NCBI GenBank assembly: GCA_964016885.1
Contig: OZ024750.1
Location: 372,001 to 436,000, forward strand
Source of the DNA: Eledone cirrhosa
Lineage: Eukaryota
Length of the DNA stretch: 64,000 bases
Reading direction: 5' to 3'
Position 1 is the first letter of the stretch, and each line of letters begins with the position of its first letter. A program made the position numbers and the translations under genes. The notes under the pieces were generated by a model. The model saw only the letters and a list, made by a program, of their open reading frames with translations, had not been told where the DNA came from and did no database searches. Shown here piece by piece: positions 13,191 to 25,600 of this stretch.

Positions 13191-15624
13191 TCTAAACAAC
13201 CTCTACCATTGCACAATAAAATACACCCAGTGCATCTGTAGAGTGTGGGTACATATGTGAGATAGTCCCCTCTGTAGCATGGGTACATATATAAGTTACT
13301 GATGTCTACAGCATGTCTCAAAACACATGTACAAACATCAGCCATATTTGTAGAGGATCGTAACCATATCTAGACTTTACTTAACTCTAGTCTTACTGTT
13401 CTGTATGACTACACCACCCCGAGGGTGACTGTTAGCTAATGAATGGCTGCAGCAGCCATCTCTCTTATTATACATTAGTGAGCTGGATAATAAAATATTA
13501 AATTTAGAATAAAACTTGGCTCACAGAAAGTTTTAATTTATTATTTTTGTTTTCTTTTCTTTTAATAAATATTTAGCATGAATGGACATGACAGCATCAC
13601 CAAATGATGCTGGCTGATTAGAATTATAGGTTAAAGGTCATTTTTCAAATGATAATAAAGTTTTATTGTCAGTAAATAGACAAACACCAATTAGCTAATT
13701 ACTAAATTACTGGTTGGTTTTCTTTAATATAATTATTTTTTTCTTTCTCTTTCATTCTATATTTGGTTTGAAGTCTTATTCACAAATCTCTTGGTATTAC
13801 AGTAACTATATGGTAGTAAGACTTGGGCACTGAATGCAGAAAAAAACGGAGCATGATCTATTTGATGTGTAATACCAGGCAGTCATGGGCTGCCACTCAT
13901 GCATCTTAAAGATCGCTCATTGTAACTATACTGAGAAGTGCCAGTCTACACAGTGAATCGAGAGTTAAATAAGGTACTCAATACATTAGTAGAGAAGGAG
14001 CATATTCATTTTATATAGAAATAACTTCTACAAGACTAGAACTGTTTCATTCATGTGAAATCGTTAGGAACGTCCTGATGATTTCATACACGTCTTTTAT
14101 TTCAATCTTCTAAGCAACTTGTGACTTAAATGACCTTGGCAACTTTGAGTTGTCGGCGTATTTCTTTGTGAAGATGCATTGTCTATACAAAGGAGTTAAA
14201 ATTATCTTAATAATCAGTGTTGTTCAATTATATATATTTTTTCCAGCATACTAGTATAATTTGTCAACACTTGCACACAAATATAATATGACAACACCTG
14301 CACACTAGTGTAATTTAACAACACCTGTGATAAAATGGTCATAGTGTAAAGTAGAAGAAATCAAACAAATAAATAATTCTTTCTAATTTAGACAGAAGGT
14401 CAGCAATTTGTGGGGACGATATACAATGTCATTGATGCCCTAATTATACACACACTGTACCGATTAGACGTCAGCCTGGTACCTTGTCTATGTGGATATC
14501 CATCTTTTCCATGTTGTAAAACAATTAAAAAAACAAAAAAACAATTGAAATATCTCAAAGAAAGAAAACTTTATTTTTTTTTTTTTACTTTTTCCTCCAA
14601 ATATTGTTCTGTAAAAATATTTTCTGTTTGATGACTGAACACTTGAAGAGGATATGAAGGAAATACAGAGAACAAAGAGAAGGAGAGAAGGAAGATTCTT
14701 TACGAGAAGAAATAGCAGTAATGTTTTTTTGTTTTTTTTTATACTGGCTTATATACTTTGATATGTGTTGAATAAAATTATATTGTAAACAAAAACAACA
14801 AAAACAACAACAGTATATTTGTTTCGCAATGAATTGTCGTCATCATCGTTTTTAGTGCCCATTTTTTTAAAATTATATATTTATATAGATATACATATTT
14901 TTTGGCATAGTTTAAACAGGTTTCTTCAGCTACAGTCATCACAGAACCAGAATGTGCACACTAGTGGCATGAAGAAGAAATATGTTATTCATGGAGAGAG
15001 AGAAAGATTTTGATCTTGTTTGGTTAGAAGCAAGGTTTATACAGCTGGGCTTGCCCTCCATCATACAAACCAATCGGTCCCTTGGTATTTTTACATTCAG
15101 TGACAAAGTGCAGAACCAAAAAGGTCACAGAGTGGGTAAAAGGTCCTTCAGTAAAAAAAAAAAAGGGGAAAAAAAATAGAAGAAAAGAGCCAGTGCAATA
15201 ACATAGTCTTTGTTCCTTTATAAATAAATATAAGATTAATTGTTGTGAATTATAGAATTTGACAGAAACAAAGTTCTTTTTCATATTCCCAAATATTTCT
15301 CCAAAGTGGAGAGTGGTTCTTTTTATGTCAAAACTTCCTAAAATTTCTCCAAATATCTTGGAAGGTTAGATTTTGTTTATGTTTGGAATGTTCCATTGTG
15401 CTAGTCAGTCTAATAACAGTAATGAACAACAAGAAACATCAGCTGAAGAAGTGAAATTGGCAGGAACAGAAAAAAAAACAAAGAAAAACTTTTCTGGTAA
15501 AATATAAAAAAACAAAAAAACACAGGCATGATTGGATGGAAAACGGAACATTCTGTGTTTGTGTGTGTATACATGTGCATGCACATGTGTGTGTGTGTGT
15601 GTAGGCACACACGTATACATATAT

Positions 15625-15770
15625 ATTCTTTTATGGTGTTACTGGTTTCGGTCATTAGACTGTGGCTATGCTGGGGCACCACCTTCCAGAGAGTTAGTCA
15701 TCGCATCAACCCCAGCACTTTTTTTTTAGATATTTAAAAAAATTCTGATACTTATTTTATCAATCTCTAT
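15625..15770 (-). mobile_element. SINE fragment with a CR1-LINE-derived 3' tail
   Basis: The tail GGTGCCCCAGCATAGCCACAGTCTAATGACCGAAACCAGTAA aligns with the LINE 3' end at 640-685. Confidence 0.7.
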
Positions 15771-16368
15771 TTGATACATACACATATACACACACACACA
15801 TACATACACATATACATGCATACACACAGGCTCGCAGATATACACATACATATATATATATATAGACACACACACATTTATACATATACAGACACACATA
15901 CACAGTCACATGTACAATTCAACAACTGATCATTTACATCTGTGATATCTTGTAGATAAATGATACCATAATAGTTATTCTTAACTTATCCCAGTAACAA
16001 AGGGATTAATAAAGTTTGTTTTTGTTGAAATAATAAAATGAAACAATGAATAGGAACTGCTTGTTTGTTGTTTTTTTTTTTTTTTTACCAAATTTAATTT
16101 TTATAAAATATAACAAAAGCCAACAAACCTAAAAAAAAAATCCTTTTCAAATTTAACACATCCCTGTTTTGTTTAAACTCATTTAATAACTCAATTTGTT
16201 TCTAATTTAATTTGGAGCTGGGAAGAAGTTATGAAAACAATAACAACAATAATAAACATTTAAGATGAGACAGAAAAAACAAACAAAACAAAAAAAATAT
16301 AATAAAAAAAAATAGTAAACAAAGTATGTGTGTGTGTGGGGGTAGTAGCTACAATATAATGACTATCA

Positions 16369-16661
16369 TTATGATTTCTTTAATGAATGTTGTATGTTTT
16401 TAATCATCATGGAACCGACAACCATTTTCTCGCAGTTTACTGTTACTTTTGCACTCTCACTGTTCTGATTCTCAATTGTAATAAGGAGAAGAGTCTGGCT
16501 GGCAAGTGTTTTGCCAGCAAAATAATAAATTTGGTCGTCACTGGATGGAACCTGTAACACATTGGCAGCTTGATGTATACACATACAAATTGATTCAGCA
16601 GTACCATGATGATGGGCAAGCTCCACTTGACAAGTATTCTCTGTCATGCCAGTTAGTTTAC
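16369..16661 (-). CDS. AP3B1: AP3B exon 24 (to stop)
   Basis: KLTGMTEN...YFAGKTL...[23 protein letters not shown]. Confidence 0.93.
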
Positions 16662-19600
16662 CTACAATAAAAGAAAGAAACCATTTTTTTAAAATTATAC
16701 ACAAACTATGTAATATGATAATTGTAGCTTAATAATCTAAAGTCTGTCTTAAGCCAGAAGCTTTGTTTGGCCTTATCACAACTGAGAGTACAAGACTTCC
16801 CCCTGGACAGGATACCAGTCCATCACAAGGTTAAACCTCCAGTTATTGATGGTTCTCACTTTCAGCTGAGTATATTGTAGCAATGTAAAAGTGTTTTGCT
16901 CAAGAACACAACACGCCCAGGAATTATGATTGTATGTCCTACACTCTTACCACTAGGCCACAGCTCTACACACGACGATGGGATCACTGGCTTAGGATGA
17001 CCCCAGCTTCGTTGAACAAGAGCAAGAAGAAGAAAGAAGCTTAATAACATCCGTCTTCCCCAATAGTTAGTGTTGGTCAGTGGCTGGTTTAATGAGGAAT
17101 AGGGACCATGTAGGAAGAACATACATGTTTAAGCTCATTCTTGAGTGGTATGGAATGTGTCTGAGGTCAAGTATAACTGTTTAGTTAACATCTGGCTTTG
17201 ATTTTCTGATTATGTTTAATTACAGGTTAGAGAAATCAACAGTCTTAGTTGCATATATAATGCATGAATGTCACAACATCACTACTTCTCAATCTACTTT
17301 ATAAATTTAATCATCATAAGAATGACTTACTTTTTTGTGCTTTAAATTCCTTCTCATTCATTGTGTAGGGCTGCAGCAGCTCCCCAACAGGAGCATTAAT
17401 TTTCACAGGATTCTGCATACTATCGACAATAATGTCAAAGATGGCTGGTTGGGTGCTATCATTAAAGTTAATACCTATCAGGACTGAAACACTGGCACCA
17501 GGAGCAAGAGCACCTATGGCAAAAATATAGTAAAATATATATAAACACAGGCTTTATTATAGATTTGGTTGCAAAAAATTTTCTTTTTTAAATGTTTTTA
17601 AACTGGGTAAAAAATGAGCCATGAGGAAGCCTTTGTGGGATCATTAGATGTGCTAAAAATAGTAAGTAAATTTCTCAAATCACACCGTACTGAACCAGAG
17701 AGAGAGTGTGTGCTTTCATATGTGTGAGGAAATAAATAATTTAAGAATCTGGACAACTTACTTATTTCTGGAAAATCATGTATTTCCATGCCTGGTGGAA
17801 TTTTCTGAAAATTTCAAAAGGAAAATAAATAAAAATGTTTGTTTAAGTTACCTGTCATTATATTCATTATAATTAGTGAAACATGCATAAAATGAATGAA
17901 TTAATCCCACATTTATTGTGAAGGTGCATAGCTTAGTGGTTAGAGTTGGGTTCACAATCATAAGGTTGTGAGTTTGATTCCCAGGCCTGGCAATGTGTTG
18001 TGTCCTTGAGCAATAATACTTTATTTCACATGACTCCAGTTCACTCAGCTGTAGAAATGAGTTGTGATATCACTGGTGCCAAGTTGTTTCAGCCTTTCCC
18101 TTGGACAATATTGGTGGTGTGGAGAGGGGAGACTGGTATACATCTGTGACTGCTGGTCTTCCATAAAAACACCTTGACAGGACTTGTGTCTTGGAGGTAC
18201 TTTCTAAGTGCAAATCCTATTGTCATTTATGACTGAAGGGGGTTTTATCCTTATATATATATGAAATGATAAGCATGATTGGATGGTGTGTTTTTTAAAA
18301 TATATATCAATAATTAGTTCTATAGCTTTACTTTATATATTTTTGTATATATCATATTGTATATATTTTATAAATTGTAACTGGTGGCGGTCACTTTGGA
18401 GAAAATAGTCTTACTCTGAGGGAGTCTCTTGACAAGCCTACTACCTCACAATTTAAGTGCAACTTGGTGCACAATGGTAGCCGAAACTGCAGTCAGGACT
18501 ACAAGGAATAATTGGGTAAATTTTGTCTGAGTTCTTCACAATATATATATACACACACATACAGACACATGCATGTAGTTGGAGCATTAGCTTATAAGTC
18601 AGAGGCATACATACCTTGTTCCCAATTTTTAAATTACTCATAGGTTTATCACACTCGTTTGTAAAGGTTAGCTCAATTGATGTCATCTTAGGGTTGAAAA
18701 TTGATATGGTTCTCGTGAAACAGTATTTCACAGTCAAACCTTTTGCTGTCATACGATTTAATAGTTCGTAAGATTTGTTGTTGACAACTGGGAAATTTAG
18801 TGTCTACAAGAAAGAAAAAGATTTTACAGAAAATTAGAGACAGATTGAAAACAAGCATCAACAAACTGATTATATAAAAACAAAACATTGGAAGTAAGTT
18901 ATAAAAAAGAACTACTTCAATACTAAGTGAATAATAATTTCTAATCTAGACAAGGGGCCTGCAATTTGTAGGGGGGGGGGGGGGGTATAATGAACCCAGT
19001 ATTTAACTGGTACTTTATCAATTCTAGAAGGATGAAAGGTAAAGTCAACCTCGGTGGGATTTGGACTCAATGTAAAGAGCCGGGACAAACTGGTGCTTAC
19101 TTATTCTACTGATCCCAGTATGTAGCTGGTACTTATTCTACTGACCCCAGCATATAGCTGATACTTATTCTACTGATTTCAGTATATAGCTGGTACTTAT
19201 TCTATTGAGTGCAGAAGGATGAAAGACAAAGCAAAAAATGTTACTAACGTAATTGGCAGGAGAATTTTCAGAAACAGGTGTACTATAGAGATCCAAAGAT
19301 GCAATCATAGGTGTGAGTATGTCTTGTGCAGGTCTGGCAGCTGGTGTCATCACAGCACTTGTATTTAGTGGGCTCACTGAAACATTTAGGGTAGTCTTAA
19401 CATTTTTAACACAAAAGGCAACAATACAAGAACACAAATAATTATTTGTTATGACTATAGGAAAGACAAATTTGATAATGAAAATAATGTGATTTTAATT
19501 GTTTTGCAAGGTTTTTATATGAAATCCTGAAACAGATATTGTTATAGAGGTAAATAATGTTATAGAAACATAAGATATCACAGAAATGTGTGACAAAAGA

Positions 19601-22600
19601 ACTTTGAGAAATTATATTTATATGACAACAAATTTCCTTCTAGCTAAGCAGAGAAATACAAAGGTTGGCTGAAAGGTTCATCGGCTTAATATGAAGGAGG
19701 CTAGAGCTGTGAAATCTTGCATGCATTAATTTCAACTCGTCTTATTAATAACTGCATTGTTTGTTTTTTCAGGAACTATGTTGAAAAATAAACTTCCTTT
19801 GGTCATTCCATGAGAGTATCTTGGTCAGCCTATGAACTTTTCAACCGACTTTCATACATTACATAGCTAGTAAGTTGACTGTAAATGTGGGTTCCTTTTC
19901 AGAGACCCCTAATAACTAGATGCCTTAATAAAATGGGATCTAATTAATACTCACAATCATCAAGGTCCAAAAGAAGGTTTGTGTTGTCTTTAGAAGCAGG
20001 AGCTGCTGATTTACTGTTTGTCGTAGGTTTTGACTGAGAAGAAAACAGAGAAACTTAATGGCACACTTTGTATGATTAAAGATTTCAGTTGACCAAGATT
20101 AAAGAGTGACACTAAGTGACAGGGATTAAAGAGTGACACTAAGTGACAGGGATTAAAGAGTGACACTAAGTGACAGGGATTAAAGAGTGACACTAAGTGA
20201 CAGGGATTAAAGAGTGACACTAAGTGACAGGGATTAAAGAGTGACACTAAGTGACAAGGATTAAAGAGTGACACTAAGTGACAACAGGTGTTATAGTTAA
20301 TCAAGAGATGACAGGTGTTATAGTAAATCAAGAGATGACCTTTATTAAAAGTTTCTTACCTTCTTTGTTTTCTTTACATGTTTAACACTTTCATCTGAAG
20401 AGGATTCTGTTGAACTCTCCTCAGATTCATCTGAAGAACTCTCGTCCTCCTCATCATCATCATCTGCACTGCTGGCTACAGCATTATTTACTGCATGACT
20501 ATCACCAGATACTTCAGAGTATTCATCACTAGAGCTCTCCTCATCACTGTCATCCTCATCTTCATCATCATCATCATCCTCATCATCACTGCTTTCATTA
20601 CTAGATTTACTCGATTCCTCTAAAAAAATTCAAAAAAACAGAAAATAGATTTAAAAAAAGGCTATCATCATCAACATCATTGTTTTTATGTCCACTTTTT
20701 TATATTGGCATGGCTTAGACAAGACTTTCTACAGCCAGATAGATACTCTTTCAAACACCGGCCCATACTTTATTTTTATGTATGCTTTATATTGCTCATC
20801 CATGCTTAAAAGGGTTGAAAGGTCCCTGCAGTTGTGTCATTGACACAGAAACCTCCCTAGTGTTGGTGATCTACATGAGAAACGTACCCAGTACACCCAG
20901 TAAAGTGGTAGATGATAGGAAGGGCATCCAGCCATAGAGAGCTTGCCAAACAAAGTGTTAGGAGGACCGTTCAGTCGTCTCAAAGACATGTTACCCCCTA
21001 TGGCACACAGAGGTATGGTATACATTAAAAATATAATTATAAGGCATTATACAAGAATGTAATTATCAAAGAAAAGCAGGTTAAATCAAATCTGATTACA
21101 GTTAAAACAATAATAACTCTCCACTGAATTACACTAATGACTAAACAACGGAGCCTCTATATCATTTTACATCAGTTAGAAATAGTTACTGAATCTCCCT
21201 TAAATCACACCCTGCCATCTTAAAAAAGGACAAATTAGGAGAGGTAGTCTGAAATACACAATATCTGAAAAACAAAGATGTCAGAAGAGAGTTTCCTCAA
21301 TCAAACTGACCAAGAGACAGGAAAGTTGGCCAAAATAATAACTAATGGCAAAGTAACTGAGTTTTCAAGGTGATAAAACAACTTAAAGGTTTTTAAATAA
21401 ACAAAACAACAAAAGATTTAAATGGTTTTTACCATCTTCACTGCTTTCTTCATCAGAATAGAAGTGCTCTGAAGTAATGGTCTTATTTTTCCCAGTTTTC
21501 TTGCGAGTCAAATCTGACCAAGGTAACGGAACCTCAACATTTCTTACTGTTGGATCTGGGGCCAATTCAGGAAAATCTGGAAGCTCTTGATAGCCATGAG
21601 CTTTTGTATTCAGCAAATGAGACAAAGTTCCTAATTGATACTGGTCACGGTCTGCAAATTGAAACATAGAAACAGATCATAAAAAGAAATGGGAAGAATG
21701 TGTTTAGAAACCAGCTCGATTACATTTTAATTTCACTCAAAAATATGCTTAACAAACCTCTTGTTTTTTACTGTTTAATAAAATTAAAAAGTTAAAAACT
21801 TTGATGTAATCCTGAAATAAGAAATATATGTTGAAGATTGCGAACAATAGTGACCTGATCCTTCAAGAGAAATTGGCTATACTATAGTTCACTGTAATTA
21901 TAATATTTTTCAAAGATACAACATATACAGAAAACAGTCCAGTCCTATTTAATTAATGAACAATTTTGAGGGATTTACTAAAATTAATCATCTCAATACT
22001 GAAATAATAACTTAACATATGGTTCTTTTCTAAAATTGTATTTGTAGATTTTAATTTAAATAGGAAACCTTATAAATGGTTGGTTTTGTTTCATAGAGCC
22101 AGGGCTGAGCTGGTATCAAAACTTTGATACTACTTAGATAAGTATTATCTTTTTCCTCTAACAGAAGATCATAAATTCTCATCCTTCATCTCAAAGGAAA
22201 GACTAAATGAAAGAAATACATTCCACATACCTTTGAATTTAGATTCTAATACCGGAGCAGGCTTTGTAGAAAGAAAAATTTTCTTTATATATTTGGAAAG
22301 GAAACCAGACTTCTCCCCTGTTGGTAATACTAACTGTCGTAGAAAGCGAGAACGATCCCGGATATCATAATTCTGGTCATATTTTGCTAAATTGAGGACA
22401 TACTGACATAACAATTTGGTTTGTTTGGGATTGGTAATGCACATCTTGGCTGCTAAGTTAAGTATTTGCAATTTCACAATATCTTCCTACAAAGAGAAAG
22501 GGTTAAACATTATATAGTCCAACAGAAGTGTGTATATGTAGGGGTTAATGTATGTGCGTGTATATATATATATCATTAACTAGAAGAAGAAATGGAAGCA

Positions 22601-25600
22601 AATAAAATCTAAAAGCTAATTACCTCTCCAGTAAAGCCTTTAGCCATTTTACGAAGGACATCTGGAGCAATTTTGGGGACTCTTTCACTATATTCTCCAA
22701 TGAGCCAAAGTATACTTGCTCGGGCCATAGGTATAGTAATATTGTCCACCATTTTAGCCATGTGTATAATGATATCTTTATGTTCTGAGGGCTGTAAATA
22801 GCAGATGAAGACATTTCAAATAGAAACAATGAAATATCAAAATAAACATCTATGGGATAAACTGAAAAGAAACTAGAAATAACAAAAGATAATCTTATAA
22901 TCCAATTCATTTTTTTTCTTTACTTTCAGTTTTTTTTTTCTTTCTTCTTTCATTTTATAAAACATTAACATGATTTCAGTGTTGGCTGAAATAAAAGACA
23001 TCCTAATTTCAAATTCTTTATAACAAATTTGTTAAACTTAGGTATAACTTTTGAATTACTGATTTGTTTCTTTTGTAAATAATTCATTAAGTTTTCACAA
23101 TTAATTATACAACTAATGAAAAAAAAAAGGGGGGGGGGTAAAGAAGGGCAGATCTGGCTGTAAAGGAAAGGAAAGGACTATAAATGCCATAAATGAGAAA
23201 AAAAGGAGGGAAAGATCAAGAACTATTAGGCCATGGAAGAAAGAGGAGAGAGAGTGACAGGCTCCATGCCTAGGTCAGTGTTTCAGCTGCACCCTGTGGT
23301 CTAAACTGCAAAGGTATATCTGCAGACAATGGCCAGTGACACTTGTTCCACTATTTAGCAGAGCCTTTAGAATATTGAAATGGATTTACTTGTATTTTTG
23401 GCTGATTAATAATAATAATGATAATAATAAAAATAATAATGAAACAAAGATGTATCTGTATCAGGCTTTGAAATTAAATATAAATAACCTGGAAATAATT
23501 TGAAAACTAATTTATTAATCATGGAAATGCCACCTGAAATAAACACCTCAATTTTCCTGACAATCTAAATTGGATGAATACTAAATACTAGCTGAAAAAA
23601 AAAAAAATACACTTCAACTTCCAGGTATATAAACAAAATAGTTATGGTTTAGAAATATTCAGATTAATACATTAAATCAATTTCTTATGATTATTTTAAT
23701 TTATAAAAATTACAGATCAATATTCTGTAAAAAAAAAAAAAAAGGTGGGGTAGAAAAATGACATTGAAAAAAAAAAAAAATATATATATATATACATATA
23801 TACAGGGTGCAGACGATATTTGTTCACAATTTTCAACTGCTAATTTTATGCAAATTTTTTTTTACTTCCGTTGTCATTCTTGTCTTCATAAAAACAGTGC
23901 CTATATTTCCATTATTTATTTTCAGAATAATTGATTATGAATAATTTTGAACCTCCAAATTTGTGGAAGAGACATGGAGTTCTTGGAATCCGCGCCGGGA
24001 GGACACATAAGACCAGAAGATCAACTCCCAGAACAACAGGTGGCTCGCTGTCTCATCCAAAGACGTGCCCAGAGTCATGCAGCGACAACATTGGTCTTAG
24101 GTGTCGTTAGCAGTCAAGGTGACATCATGCCACTTCACTTCTTCCCTGAGGGCTTCAAGCTGAACACCAATGGCTACATCCACGTTCTGAGCGAGGTAGT
24201 AAAGCCCTGGATCGACCAGGTAGCTGCAGGTAGGCCGTATGTGTGGCAACAAGACTCAGCACCCTGCCATACCAGCCAAAAGACCCAAGCCTGGCTGTCA
24301 GAGAACTTCGTCGACCACACTTCACCCGACATCTGGCCTCCCAGCTTGCTTGACTGCAACCCCCTCGACTTCTTTGTGTGGGGCGCAGTGGAATGAGACA
24401 CCAACAGATCTAGCTGCAATACGAAAGACGATCTGAAGGCCAGGATCACAAGTGCCTAAGTCGGGGGACAGTGACAAAGGCCTGTAGGCGGTTCCGAGGC
24501 TGCCTTGAGGCCGTCATCAAAGCCAATGGCGGGTTTATCGAGTGAGATCGAAAGAACAAGTCATGAAGACAAACTGACCCAAGTTTGATAAATATATCTT
24601 AAAAAATAAAACTACTGTGTTATTTTTCCCTAGACAGTAATCTTGTGAACACTGTATATGTATGTATAAAAAGTAAACAGGAATAACAAAGCAAATGACA
24701 CAGTACAATAAAGAAATATATTAGTTTAACACTTAAAATAACAGGAAATGAGTCTTAACATTTCAGACAATAGTCTTTCATCAGAAGATAGTACGATATA
24801 TATATATATATATATATATATATCATACTATTATATATATATATATATCATACTATTATATATATATATATATATATCATACTATTATATATATATATAT
24901 ATATCATACTATTATATATATATATATATCATACTATTATATATATATATATATCATACTATTATATATATATATATATCATACTATTATATATATATAT
25001 ATCATACTATTATATATATCATACTATTATATATATATATATTATTATATATATATATATCATACTATTATATATATATATATATTATGGTGGTATTTAT
25101 ACATTTTCTGGTGGTAGGGGAGGGTGGTGATTGGGATGAGTGGAGGTCATTGGTTGATGGATTTAAAGATGGATATATACGCTGTACAGACATGTACACA
25201 CACAATACAAGGAACGGCAACTGAAGCTGGCTGTGGACAAGTGTACCACCATGCATTTTGGGAGGTAAAATCCAGCGTCCACCTACTCCCTCCACAACAC
25301 TGATATCAAGAAGTCCTCTTGTGAACGTGACCTGGACATTACTGTCAGCAGCAATTTGCTTTGGACAAAGCATATCTCTAAAATTGTCAAGAAGGCCAAG
25401 GGTGCCTTGGCATCACTCAGCAAGACCTTTCTTAGCCACTCTTTACCCATCTATTTAAAGCTGTATACAGCTATGGTACGACCACACTTGGAATTCGCAT
25501 TATCAGTCTGGAACCCCTATCTTGCTCAGAACATTGACCTCCTGGAAACTTCAGAAACGTGCAACCAAGCGCATACCCTCCATCAGACATACTCTGAACG

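Noticed and set aside
20097-20285. CRISPR-like appearance of the 27-bp repeats (also the 20-bp array at 35092)
   Set aside because: The units are head to tail with no unique spacers, lie in eukaryotic introns, and no cas genes are present.
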